Shown: positions 25,505-37,828, numbered from the stretch's first letter. The stretch is DNA of 64,000 nt from Octopus sinensis (GCF_006345805.1 NW_021834173.1:2913-66912), one strand, 5' to 3'. Notes: a model not told the origin generated them from the sequence alone. Numbers and translations are program-made.

Positions 25505-26290
25505 TGTTGTGTAGAGAAGAATACATTTTGTGTAGAGCAGTACGTGTTGTGTAGAGCAGTACGTGTTGTGTAGAGAAGTACGTGTTGTGTAGAGAAGTAC
25601 GTGTTGTGTAGAGAAGTACGTGTTGTGTAGAGGGGTACGTGTTGTGTAGAGAAGTACGTGTTGTGTAGAGAAGTACATGTTGTGTAGAGAAGTACGTGTT
25701 GTGTAGAGGGGTACGTGTTGTGTAGAGCAGTACGTGTTGTATAGAGCAGTACGTGTTGTGTAGAGCAGTATGTGTTGTGTAGAGAAGTACGTGTTGTGTA
25801 GAGAAGTATGTGTTGTGTAGAGCAGTACGTGTTGTGCAGAGGAGTACGTGTTGTGTAGAGAAGTACGTGTTGTGCAGAGAAGTACGTGTTGTGTAGAGCA
25901 GTACGTGTTGTGTAGAGAAGTACGTGTTATGTAGAGCAGTACGTGTTGTGTAGAGAAGTACGGGTTGTGTAGAGAAGTACATGTTGTGTAGAGCAGTACA
26001 TGTTGTGTAGAGAAGTACGTGTTGTATAGAGCAGTACGTGTTGTGTAGAGCAGTACGTGTTGTGTAGAGCAGTACGTGTTGTGTAGAGCAGTATGTGTTG
26101 TGTAGAGCAGTATGTGTCGTATAGAGCAGTACGTGTTGTGTAGAGAAGTATGTGTTGTGTAGAGAAGTACATGTTGTGTAGAGAAGTACGTCTTGTGTAG
26201 AGCAGTACGTGTTGTGTAGAGGAGTACGTGTTGTGTAGAGAAGTATATGTTGTATAGAGAAGTATGTGTCGTGTAGAGAATATGTGTTGA
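25505..26290. repeat. 19-bp minisatellite (GTAGAGAAGTACGTGTTGT, about 41 copies)
   Basis: Period of 19 is directly visible. The minus strand lacks stop codons, which gives the 403-aa ORF with a 19-aa period. Confidence 0.95.
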
Positions 26291-26474
26291 CTTATTAAAG
26301 TAGTAATGGGTTGTTTGTAAAATACAAATAGGAGTTCTGTGATATCTTGGAAAATTGTGCAATTGATTCAGTAAACAAATAGTGATATTACACCACTTTC
26401 CTTTCCATGAAAATAGGTGTCCTTATGCCAAGACCAGAAATCCTTTTTATTAATTTTATTGTTATTAGGGTGAC

Positions 26475-26890
26475 AAAGGCAGCAAACTGACAGAATTGTT
26501 ACTGTGCCAGACAAAATATTTGGTGACATTTCTTACGGCTTTACATTCTAGGTTCAAATGCCGTCTTTCATCAATTTGGGTTAGATGAAAATAATGGACC
26601 AGTTAAGCACTGAGGTCATCATAATTGACAAGTCCCCTCCACAAAAAATTCAGGTGTTGTGCTTATAGTAGAAAGAAACTATTAAGGGTGAAAAGCTGGC
26701 AAAACTGTTACATCATCTGACAATAATATTTTATGGCCCTTTATGTTATGAGTTCAAATTCTGCTTAGGTTAAATTAGTATTTTTTTAAGGTTGATAAAA
26801 TAAAATACCAGTCCCATACTGGTGTCAAAGTTACAGATTAGCCCCTTACCCTTAAAAATTGCTGGCCTTGTGTCCTAAATCAGAAGCAAT
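26475..26890 (+). mobile_element. Two tandem degenerate SINE family B copies
   Basis: Two heads (GGCAGCAAACTGACAGAATTGTT; GGTGAAAAGCTGGCAAAACTGTT), each with an AAATTTCAGG/GCCTTGTG-type tail. Confidence 0.65.
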
Positions 26891-27267
26891 TTTATTGTTA
26901 TTGATCTCTTACATATGTACCAGATACCTCATTGTAATATAATCCTTCCCACACTATATATTTAAAGTGAGGAAAGGGATATTTAGGGTAAGCACTTGTA
27001 TGCTGTGGGTGCTACTGTGCTGCAGGAGTCAATGTCTCATCAAGTGACGAAACAGCTCTGTAGGTGTTTTGGCCCTTTCCACCATGACACCAGAGCTGCC
27101 GGTGCCATGTTTCAAGCACCCAGCACACACTGTATAAAGTGGTTGGCTTTAGGAAGGGCATCCAGCCCTAGGAACCAAGCCAAATCAGACTGGATTTTGG
27201 TGCAGCACTCTGGGTTTCCAGCTCTGGTCAAATTAGTCAGCCCATGCCAACATGGAAAACACATTAA

Positions 27268-27487
27268 CCCTTTCGTTACCAACCCGGTTGAAACCGGCTC
27301 TGGCTCTGAGTACAAATGTCTTGTTTCCATAAGTTTTGAATTAAAATCTTCCACCAAACCTTAGTCACAATTTATGTTCCTAACACCAGCTTAATGATAA
27401 CCAAGTTATTTTACTAAATTCTTTCTTATATTTAAAGTAATTGAAAGACACACAGAGCATTTCAAAAGAAATACAGTAACGAAAGGG
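27268..27487. mobile_element. piggyBac-type MITE-1, intact 220 bp
   Basis: TTAA|CCCTTTCGTTAC ... GTAACGAAAGGG|TTAA: perfect 12-bp TIR with TTAA TSDs at 27264-67 and 27488-91. Confidence 0.9.
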
Positions 27488-28952
27488 TTAAAGGATGATG
27501 ACAATGATGATGATGATGACGATGATTAATTTTTAATTGATTTAGATTTTAGAATACCTTATGTGAAAAATTAAGCAACTACCTCAGTCTTATGAGTCTC
27601 ATGACTTATGGTCTTCCAAAACTTTGGTAAGAACCACTTGCTGTGTATTCACTGCTGTAATTAACAGAACTGTTCAACAGTATCTCAATGCTGTTTATTT
27701 CATCCATCTCTCAGACAAGAAAGTAGTTTATTTCATGTGTCTTGATTATGAAGTCTTTACAGTGCCAGTGAAAGCATATAAACCATTCTTCATTGCTTTC
27801 GTATGAATTCCAATATCCTGTTGACTCAGCTATATGTGACAGTGTATGATATTAATTTCACACACTCACACACACACACATACAACAAACACACATACTA
27901 TATTATTGATTTTGTCAGAACAAATATTAGTATTACCATTGTCCAACATCAACCAGACATTTATTGAGAAACAAGAACCAAACAAAGCAAATGTTCTCCA
28001 AGAATGAATGACATGTTTTTAGGTTCAGGCAGTCGACACCTCTCACTTGAAGTGCCTTCCTCATATTCCACCATTTTAAAAAAGCATCAACTGCCCTATA
28101 TTCCACTCCCAGTTAAGATCTAATTAATGATTTCTTATGATGACATGACACAAGACCATAAATTAAAAGAGGAAGGGGGTTATCAGTTAAATCAACCCCA
28201 GTATTTAACTGGTACTTTATTGTACTGAACTCTTAAGGATGAAAGACAAAGTTGACTTCTGCAGGATTTTGAACTTAGAATGCAAAGATCTGGAAATTGA
28301 TACTCCAAGATGTTTGGTTTTTCACTAATGATTCTGCTAAACCAAGATATAATTAATGATTCTAGTTGAATGAAAATCCCAGAAGGGAATTAACATGTTA
28401 TTATCAGAAATATTGTATATGTTAATCCAAAGATGCAGTCTTCAAGCAATGTGATAATTTTAATACCATTTACTTAACAGATACAAGATCACCCATTTAG
28501 GCAGAGGGAACAATCAAGTTATATTAAGTGCCCATATTTGGTCATTGGTACTTGGTCATTCACACCACAAATATTAGAACTGAACTCTGCTGTATTTGAA
28601 CTCAGAACGTAAAGAAGCAACTACATTGCATACCACCTCAACCAACACCCCTTCCCTTATATTTCCACACACAGTCATACCCTTCATACTACAGACATAC
28701 AAGTTGTACAATCATACCATTAATATTCCAGTTTTACCATTCATACCACCATAGATTTTCTTGCTCTACCTTCCATTCCAATAACATACCACAATTGATC
28801 TACCAGGTGTACCATTTATAATACCACTAATATTCCAGTTTTACAATTCATAGCAGTTCTACCATCCATTCAACTAAATACTACACTCATCTACCACTTG
28901 TAACCATTCATACCACCATGGTACCATAACTAACCTACCATTATTCTGGAGT

Positions 28953-29178
28953 TTAAGGCAGCAAGCTGGCAGAATCTTTATTTAGCAAACTGGGTGAAAA
29001 GCTCAGCAGTATTTCATCCGTCCTTTCATTCTCAGTTCAAATTCCGCTGAGGTTGACCTAGCCTTTCATCCTTCCAGGGTCAATAAAATAAGTACCTGTT
29101 GTGTACTGGGAGTGAATGTGGTCGACTATCCCCCTACAGTAAAATTTCAGGCCTTGTGCTTATAGTTGAAAGGATTAA
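28953..29178 (+). mobile_element. SINE family B (tail type 2)
   Basis: TAAGGCAGCAAGCTGGCAGAAT...GCCTTTCATCCTTCCAGGGTCAATAAAATAAGTACC...AAATTTCAGGCCTTGTGCTTATAGTTGAAAGGATT. Confidence 0.8.
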
Positions 29179-29747
29179 CCTGGAGATTATATTTTAGTCT
29201 CTGCTCCATAACAGACCACCCCAACATACAGGCACACATACAACCCCCTCCCACAAATACACAGACACATGCACAAATACATGACCGGCTTCCACGCAGT
29301 TTCAGTCTACCAAATTCACTCACACAGCTTTAGATGGTCAGGAGTTATAATAGAAAACACTTGGCTAAGGTGCCACATGTTAGGATTGAACCTGAAGCTA
29401 TGTGGCTGCAAAACGAGCCTCGTAATTATACAGTTATGCCCGTAGAAAACGATCACCGTTTATTTAATGCTTTAAATGAAAGAATGAAACTATCTCTCAC
29501 TCACTCACTCACTCACTCACACACACACACACACACCTGCTTGTGGTTCCAACAGCCATACTGACATACCACTGACCTATCAAGTCTTCTAGTGAACGCT
29601 CTCGAATGCTCTCATGTAATTAGCTGCCACAGTTAACTGACATTGATTTGCCAGGGAACTGCATCGACCATATTCCATTGATAAGACCGAAAATACATTA
29701 ATAATTAAATGAAACAGACAATAGTCTTTGTGAAACGTATCACATAC

Positions 29748-29772
29748 CTCTGCCAATTTATGATGTAAAAGT
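29748..29772 (-). CDS. Candidate 25-nt microexon
   Basis: TTGTTTGCTCAG|ACTTTTACATCATAAATTGGCAGAG|GTATGT in unique sequence; two frames are open (LLHHKLAE or FYIINWQ). Confidence 0.25.
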
Positions 29773-30175
29773 CTGAGCAAACAATGCACAATGAGTAAAT
29801 CGCTGTTGTTGTTGTAGTTGTTGTTGGTGGTGGTGTTGAGATGCCTTTTGTCAGTTCTGCATGAGCTGATCAATGCCAACAATGTAGCTGATCAAACAAA
29901 GAAATCCAATCAATAATTCTAGCTATCAATATTTTATCATTATGATGAAGCATGTTGCCCCTCAGGTCTGGTTTCTGTTTTTAACCCTTTTGTGACCCTA
30001 TCTCTGACAAAGTACTCTGCTTAATTTATGTTTCAATTAATTATGGGAATAGTTAAGGATTAATTAATTAATTAATTAATTATTTAAAGGATTAAAGCAG
30101 ATCAAAAGACCAGAGCAGAAACGCAAGTGCCCCCCCCCCACACACACACATACTTCCTCCCTCGCTATCCTTACT

Positions 30176-30290
30176 GCAGTTGAAATATCAGTCCCAACAA
30201 GAGATGATAATGTATCTATACAAAAGAGATTGAAAATTGACCAAATATAAAGATCTGGAAATGGAGATAACCGGAATGTGGGAAGTAATA
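30176..30290 (+). pseudogene. Fossil restriction-like endonuclease fragment of an R4/Dong-like non-LTR retrotransposon
   Basis: With frameshifts it reads VEISVPTRDDNVSI..KEIE..KLTKYKDLEMEITGMW, matching the (D/E)xxxP-D-N...KxxKYxxL motif of RLE-clade LINEs as I recall it. Confidence 0.55.
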
Positions 30291-31283
30291 ACAGAAATAG
30301 ATGATGTTATGATGATGATGATGATGATAGATGACATGAGAATGATTAAATAACTGTGCAAATACATAAATGAAACACAATACAATGTACAGAAAATATC
30401 ACACACACACACATAGACACACATACACATACATACACACACGCATACACAATGTATGGGGTACTTTCAATACCACAGGAAACAACATAACCAAAACAAA
30501 TCACAGTAGAAATCCAAGATACAGGAACTGAGCCAAGTTGAGAAGTGAAAACACATAATGATAATAATAATGATGATGTTGATGATGATGATGATGCTGA
30601 TAATGATGATGATGATGATTTCAAATTTTGGCATACGGTCAGCCATTACAAGGGAGAGGAATTAAGTTAATTACATATCAAACCCTCTTCCCCCCCCCCA
30701 GTATTCGACTGGTGCTTACTTTATCGACCCCTGATAGGATGAAAGGAAAACGCTGACCCTCGGTAGAATATGAAATAATGATATTTGGAATTTCTGTGTT
30801 TCTGCAGTTCTTTTTTCATTTAATGATAAATAATGCTAATAGTAATTAAAGGACCTCCATCCACGTGCGTGTTATTCTGCCGAGTTCTGAAAAGATGACA
30901 TGCAACAAAAAAAAAAAAGAAAAAGAAAAAGAAAAAGAAAAAAAAATCAACCTTGACAAGGCTTGATCCCAGAATAAAAAGGGCTGAAACTGAATACTGC
31001 GCAAGGCTTTCAGCTCAGTGCTCTACCATTTCTTCCACCCCACCACCCGTTCATCACCCACCACAGCAAAGTGTAATAATGACTACCATCACGTAAATGC
31101 TTCTTAACTAAAAAAACCCTGGCATACAGAACTCTCTGAAGCAGTTATTTGCAGAAATTAACCATCCACTCAGGAAATCTATGGAAATGGCACATCATAT
31201 TTTGCTTCTTCACTTTAATAAACGCCACATTTTTAACCTGAATACCTTCAACGTTAGCATATTTTATAAGTATCTCAAGAAGG

Positions 31284-31343
<60 letters not shown>

Positions 31344-31840
31344 GGAAGAGAGAGATTCAACTAGCATCTCTACGGTTTGGAGATTAGAAACAGATAAATG
31401 TACCAACTAAGCTATTAAATGTTTATGTAACAAAACTTAACTAAGCTTTTTACAAGATAGTCAGGATTGTGTATGAGCATGTGTGTGGTGTGTGTATGTG
31501 TATGGATGTACGTGTACATGTGTATGCGAGTACATGTATGTGTGTAAATGTATGTGTAAGTGTGTGTTTTGATAATTATGAGCAAGGACCTAAAATTGGT
31601 GTAATTTTAATTTTTTTAAACCACGATAACAATTTTAAACATTGGCAGATCCTAATGGTGCTGCTGCTGCTGCTGTTTAGCCCCAGGTCAGCAATGGTTA
31701 GAACAAACTGATAATCAAACATATTCTGCTCATGACCCATCACATCTTTTTCAGCATAGTTTATTAATCTCAGAATACTACAATAACCTCTAAAATGTGT
31801 GTGTGTGTGTGTGTATGTGTGAGAGAGAGAATGTTTCTAG

Positions 31841-32232
31841 GTAGGCACAGGTATGGTTGTGTGATAAGACGTTTGCTTACAAACTAAATGGTTTTTTAGT
31901 TCAGTTCCTCTGCATAGCACCTCTGGCAAGTGTCTTCTACTATAGCCTTGGGCTGACCAAACCCTTGCGAGTAGATTTGGTAGGTGGAAACAGAAAGCTT
32001 GTCATACATAATATCTGTGTATGTGTGTGTGTGTCAGTGTAGTTTCAAATCACCGCTTACAACCAGTGTTGGTGTGTTTACAACACCGTAGCTTAATGTA
32101 ATGGCAAAAGAGACAAATAGAATAAATACCAGGCTTTAAAAACAAGAAAAGTACTAGCATAGATCCGTTTGACTAAAATCCTTCAAGGTGGTGCTCCAGC
32201 ATGACCAAAATCAAATGACTGAAACAAGCAAG
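31841..32232 (+). mobile_element. SINE family A, full length, older
   Basis: Head GGCACAGGTATGGTTGTGTGATAAG, internal (GT)n, tail GGTGGTGCTCCAGCATGACC...GACTGAAACAAG. Confidence 0.75.
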
Positions 32233-32443
32233 ATGTGATTAAGTATAGGTTTGAAAGCTAAAATGTGTCAGAAAAAGGGCACCCAAGAGTCAGGACCTGG
32301 ATGTGATGCAACCCCTTGAAAGTATAAGAAGTTAAGGATTGAAACACTTGCCTCTTCAGCTCTCTCAAGAGTATCTTCCCACTGATTTGAGGTTTGGAGA
32401 ACATCCTGCTACCATGTCTAGCAGAGTGAATGTCTATCTAGAG

Positions 32444-32992
32444 CAGGAGTTCTCAACCATCTTTTTTTTTATCTATGGACCCCTCTGATAACTATTCTAT
32501 TCTGTTCTGTTGGACCCCAATAGCCATTATAGAAACTCCTTCCAAAATTCCTATTTTGTTTTTCACACATTCCCTTGTGTGGGTTGAACTATGTAAAATG
32601 TCAGAGAAAGAAACCTAGATGTTTCTTGCAATACCAATACATACATACATCTGAAGCAGAGGTTCTGGACCATTTTTTAAATCTTATTTTATTCTGGTGG
32701 ACCTCTTAGTTATTTGATGTTTAAAAACCAGTTTTATAGAAACTTCTTCCAAAATTCCTATTTTGTTTTTCACACATCAACTTGTGTAGGTTGAACTATG
32801 CAAAATGTAAGAGAAAGAAACTTAGCTGTTTCTTGCAATACATACTCCAATACATACATCTGAAGCAAAATTTCTTCAGGGGCCCTTAAAATACTATTGG
32901 GGATCCGCAGCTTACTATTTTGCTTATGTGGACCCCCAAAAGATCTTATATGGACCCTCTGGGGTTATTTGGACCTTGGTTGAAAACCATTG
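32444..32992. mobile_element. Buster/Charlie-type hAT MITE with an internal duplication
   Basis: TIRs CAGGAGTTCTCAACC / GGTTGAAAACCATTG. 8-bp TSD ATCTAGAG (32436-43) / ATCTACAG (32993-33000) with central TA. Confidence 0.8.
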
Positions 32993-33243
32993 ATCTACAG
33001 CAGTCATGGACAAACTGCAGCCTGTGGGACTTTCTGAATAGCATGCCTAATGGAAAATTGCCTTGAGTATTTTTTAACAGTGTGGCCCATCTAATCATGA
33101 GTTATGTCCTATGTGGCCCACTTCTTGAAAAGAATTGCTCATACTTGTACTAGAGGTAGCCTGTCACTGTACAAGCAACAGTTTACAGCCAAACCAGTAA
33201 AAGACAGAAATTCTAAACATTGAAACCTTTCACTCCAACTCAC

Positions 33244-33392
33244 ATCAAATTTATAGATCTTTTCTACAATTCTACAATTGGTCAATTCCTGCTGCTGCAG
33301 CAGATCATCATCAAAAGCTCTCATTTCCAGATTTTGCTCAAAAGTGGCAATATTTTGGTTTTTCTTTTGAGAAGTATAATTTCAGACAGAGG
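33244..33392 (-). CDS. Candidate exon (5'UTR plus MRAFDDDLLQQQELTNCRIVEKIYKFD)
   Basis: Acceptor TTTTTTTACTGTAG| at 33393, ATG at 33324 and donor GAT|GTGAGT at 33243. Protein not recognised. Confidence 0.3.
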
Positions 33393-33519
33393 CTACAGTA
33401 AAAAAAGTTTGAGATTAATTGAATGTGAGTAATGAACTAATAGGAAATTACACTAATTAAGTTTGATTACATTAGAAAGTGAGGAATGCAGTATGAATAC
33501 AGAAGGAAGAATGTGGTGA

Positions 33520-33727
33520 TACGGATGAATGTAGCAGCAGGAAAACAGTGGTATGGTTGAACAGAGAAGCAGGAAAGCAGTAGTATGGACACGGAAGAAG
33601 GAATGTAGTGATATGGACACAGATGCAGGACTGCAGTGGTGTGAACACAGAAGCAAGAATGCAGTGGTGTGAACACAGCGGCGGGAAAGCAGTGGTGTGG
33701 ACACAGAAGCTGGAAAGCAGTGGTATG
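33520..33727. repeat. 28-bp minisatellite (GCAGTGGTGTGAACACAGAAGCAGGAAA, about 7-8 copies)
   Basis: GCAGTGGT recurs at about 33633, 33661, 33689 and 33717. Confidence 0.85.
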
Positions 33728-33924
33728 CTTTTGTGTTAGTAATAAATGATAATTAGAAGCAGTAGTTGTTGCATTACCTAAGGGCAACTTTCAACAAGCA
33801 AATCAAAGATCTTCCAGCCATGACCATCCCATCTCAAGAGATAATGTTTCTAGGGTCTACATTATCTAATGCACATTTCCTTTATTTAAGGCATCAGGGT
33901 TTGATTTTGCAGGTTTATGTAAAG

Positions 33925-34073
33925 CAATGGTTCCCTACATGAGGTCTGCAAAGGTAATACTAGGGGTCCGTGAACATGTTAAGCTAACAGATTTTTTCAA
34001 TATCCTGGGGTCTGTGGAAAAACTCATTTAGATAAAAGGGGGTCCTTGATAGAGAAAAGGTTGGGAACCATTG
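33925..34073. mobile_element. Buster-type hAT MITE, 149 bp
   Basis: Perfect 11-bp TIR CAATGGTTCCC/GGGAACCATTG and perfect 8-bp TSD ATGTAAAG (33917-24, 34074-81). Confidence 0.9.
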
Positions 34074-34358
34074 ATGTAAAGTGAGTTCTAGACAGGTCAT
34101 GGTGTATGTGTTTATGATCTTGAAGGAACCATCTCTGGCTAGTTAAAAACAAAGGGAAATTATACCATTTGTACAATTGTTCTAATTCTTTTATACAGTT
34201 TTTTTTTACATTAGAATATATTATGCAGCATACATGCATAATTGTTTATTCCCTTTATGTCTCTTTATTCATACTAGCATGAGCTAAAAAGATGCAATAT
34301 TGAGGTTTTGTTTTTACAGCTGAATGTCCTTTACTCTATTAAGCCTTTACCTGGATTC

Positions 34359-34359
<1 letters not shown>

Positions 34360-34398
<39 letters not shown>

Positions 34399-35165
34399 TG
34401 ATGATGTAGATGAAATTATTGTGTATGATGCTCAGGTGCACTACAACTTATCAAAGTTGCATGTACAGTGCATAGAATTATGTACAAAAGTCAGGAAAGT
34501 GAACAGTGTATGAGTCACGATATACATGTGTGCATGCAGATGGAGGGGGTATATCAGGTGTAGTGTTGGCAAATTTCAGGAAGTATGGAGGGAGATTTTA
34601 AAGGATGCAATGTCTTGCCGACTAACAACTGATGCAGGTAGTTTGTTCCATGCTTCAGCAACTCTGGGTGTGAAAAAATGTTTCTGAAAGTCATGGGAGC
34701 TGTGCTGTTTCTGACATGACCACATGTGTCAGAAACATGGAGCTCAAAAAGGTGCTCAAAGTGGTTGTTGGCAGGATGGTTAATAATTTTGTGGGTGTTT
34801 ACCAAGTCAGTTGCCAGATGTCAGAGCTTCAATGTATTAATGCCCAGGGAAGCAAGGCATTCAGTGTATGGTAGATGCCTGATGGAAGGTATTCACCTGG
34901 TTGTACATCTGAACAGTTTTCAGGAGATCAATGTCCTGAGCAAAATAAGGGTTCCAGACTGGTGATGCAAATTCCAAGTGTGGTCGCACCATAGCCATAT
35001 ACAACCTTAAATATTTGGCTGGAGAGTGGCTGACAAAGGTCTTGCTGATGCCAAGACACCCTCAACCTTTTTGACAATTTTAAAGATGTGCTTTTAGAGG
35101 GACCTCTTGTTTTACCTGTCTTTGATGGGGCAAAGCCAGTAAATAGCTTGTTAAAATAGGAAGTG
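34360..35165 (-). mobile_element. 5'-truncated CR1-clade LINE (RT C-terminus, 3'UTR, (ATT)n tail)
   Basis: Minus strand encodes LRLYMAMVRPHLEFASPVWNPYFAQDIDLLKTVQ and RVAEAWNKLPASVVS, both typical CR1 ORF2 C-terminal motifs; it ends in a (TTA)n run. Confidence 0.85.
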
Positions 35166-35709
35166 AATGCAGTGCCACTGCTTGTAGTAAATGACTCTTG
35201 TAGAGTTTAAATGTAAGCATACATATATACACATAAATATTAAGTTTCTACCAATTTCCATCTGTCAAATTCACTCATAAGGCTTTGCGTTGCAAAATGA
35301 ACATTTTAAACACACACACATGCACACACTCATGTGCGCATGCACAACACACAGACACATGGTTCTAAGTTCTGACCCCTTGAATGGCAACTTGGTCAAG
35401 TGTCTTCCACTGTAGCTCCAGGCCAACCAAAGCCTTGTGAGTTGACTGGGTAGAAGGAAACTGAAAGAAGCCTGTTGTGTATACGCATATATGTGTGTGA
35501 GTGTGAGTGTTTGTGTGTGTGTGTGTGTATCCTGCACCACTAATTGGCAACAAGTGTTGGTTTGTTTACCTCCCTTGAACAATTTGCTGCACCAAACTCT
35601 TCAAGACAGAGCCCCAGCATGGCTGCAGTCTAATGAATGAAACAAGTAAAAGACATACACACACACACACACATATTTTTGTTTCAACTCCACAGCCCTG
35701 TGTATATAT

Positions 35710-35754
<45 letters not shown>

Positions 35755-35756
<2 letters not shown>

Positions 35757-35972
35757 CTTTATTGCCCACAGGTGGCTAAACATAGAGGCGACAAACAATG
35801 ACAGATAAAGGGTTTAAGTTGATTACATCAACCCCAGTATGTAACTGGTACTTATTTAAAATATCCTGAAAGGCAAAGTCGACCTCGGCAGAATTTGGAT
35901 TCAGAACTTAACGGCAGACAAAATACCACTAAGCATTTCGCCCGATGTGCTAATAATTCTGCCAGTTCGCCA
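35755..35972 (-). mobile_element. SINE family B (tail type 1)
   Basis: Collinear with 20575-20812. Confidence 0.85.
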
Positions 35973-35978
35973 ATGTAG

Positions 35979-36024
<46 letters not shown>

Positions 36025-36243
36025 ATATACATACATACATACACACCCTTAACACAAACATAAATCAGAAGGAAAAGAATTGGCACTGAATACTCAAAAA
36101 ATAATTAATGATCAGTTTGAAACAAGGGCCTACATACAGGCAAGTTGAGACTATGTGCTAAGAAGTTTGTTTCTCACCTACATAATTCTGGGTTCAGTCC
36201 CACTGTGTGGCACCTTGCACAAGTAAGTGTTTTTACTGTAGAC

Positions 36244-36819
36244 CAGCATCGGGGAGCTTTTTTAAACCAATTACCCCAAAATACATTTATCTATACTGAC
36301 ATTACCCCCTTGATTTGAAAGGAAGAAAATTATGGATTCTTTAAATTCAAAAGGTTTATTGAGTCTATTTATATGGAGAATACAATTATAAATATAAAAA
36401 GTATAAAACAAATGCAATAGAATAAATTAACATCCTTATTAGGAAACAAAAGGATTTTTACAGAATCTTCTCACTTCAGGTTTTGGAGAAATAATGTTTT
36501 ATTTTTGTTACAACTAAATCAAAATTGGGGCATTTTTGATGCCAGAACAATTTGGATCCAGTCTTTGGGGTCCAATCGATTACTCTGCTTTGATTTTATG
36601 TTTATTAGAATGGAAAATTCTTGTTCACGTGTAGGTTGTTGCAACAGGCAGCAACTTTTCGACTGCCTCTTCATGCCAGGAGAAAAATTTCTGTCATAAC
36701 AAAGAATGCGTTCTTTTTTTTTTTATATAATTTTACTGATGTCTAATGAGTCCACATTACCCACAAGAATATAATTTTTACCCAACTTGGAGTAATTTAT
36801 CCCGGTTTACTGACCCCTG
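36244..36819 (-). mobile_element. hAT (Buster-type) deletion derivative with a transposase dimerisation-domain remnant, inserted in a SINE A
   Basis: Minus strand 36520-36700 reads (one frameshift) HEEAVEKLLPVATTYT/EQEFSILINIKSKQSNRLDP, like the hAT LLPFATTYLCEQGFS..IKTK.RNRL motif. 8-bp TSD-like CTGTAGAC/CTATAGAT. The host SINE A head (36135-36243) resumes at 36820. Confidence 0.75.
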
Positions 36820-37765
36820 CTATAGATTCAGGACAACCAAAGCTTTGTGAGTGGATATGGTAGGCAGAAACTGCAAGAAGCTCATTTTATATATTTGCAT
36901 GCATCTGTTTATGTTTGTCCACTACCATCACTTGACAACTTAGTGGTTTGGCAAAAGATATCGATAAAATAAATACCAAGTTTTAAAAGAAAAAAAAGAA
37001 AAAAAAAAAAAAAGAACTGGGTTTCAATTAGTTTGACTAAACCTTTGAAGGCTGTGCTCCAGCATGGTCACAGTCGAATGACTGAAACTGGTAAAATTGA
37101 ATAGGATTATATTTCGCATCTAACCTGAGCCTACAACCAACTCTGGATAGACACCTGGTGATTTGAGGAATATTTGGTTGCTATTTCTAACAGGTTGAGT
37201 GGTACAACATAAAAGCTGCTTCATTGGCTTGTAGAATACAAGCAGTTGATGGTGATATATTTTTATATGATAGTAGGTAGGTGGGTAGGGTGGAGTAGTG
37301 TAGAGGTAGGTCAGGGCGATATATCACATGTGATGGTAAGCAAAGGAACAGGTAAACAGGATGTAAGTTGTTAAATAATTGGCAAATTAAGAACAAGGAA
37401 GATATGGAATGCAGAGTTTTAAGTAATTATATAAAAGAGGTGAGTTTAATAAGGGAAGTAATCTGGGGAAGCGATGAAGGATAGTCAGAAAGAAAGAAAG
37501 AAAGAAATTTTGGTAAGAGATTTTTTTTGTGCAAATTGTCTTGGACCAGAAGATGCCATCCATACAAGAATTTGTAAAAGAAATTTTCTATTGTTGGTCT
37601 GAACTTATTTTGTAAAGACTATGATGGTGGTGATGACAGTGATTGTGTAGATGGTGATGATGATGATGATGATGATGATGATGGTGATGATAATTATATG
37701 ATACAAAGTCTCAGGGCTTAGTGTAAGAGATGTGAATAAAAAGTGCTTGCGTCTAATAGTATTGT

Positions 37766-37828
<63 letters not shown>

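Noticed and set aside
25505-26290. CRISPR-like array (also considered for 51003-51450 and 33520-33727)
   Set aside because: The units are contiguous with no unique spacers, there are no cas genes, and the context is eukaryotic.
25151-26362. 403-aa ORF (and overlapping 225-aa ORF) as a protein-coding gene
   Set aside because: It is entirely the stop-free strand of a 19-bp minisatellite plus microsatellite; no unique domain or splice context.
33382-33384. In-frame TGA in the minus-strand candidate exon as selenocysteine
   Set aside because: No SECIS or selenoprotein motif seen; a 5'UTR stop or a non-exon is simpler.
34707-34739. 11-bp hairpin TGTTTCTGACA...TGTCAGAAACA
   Set aside because: It lies inside the CR1 fossil; probably a small local inversion or chance.
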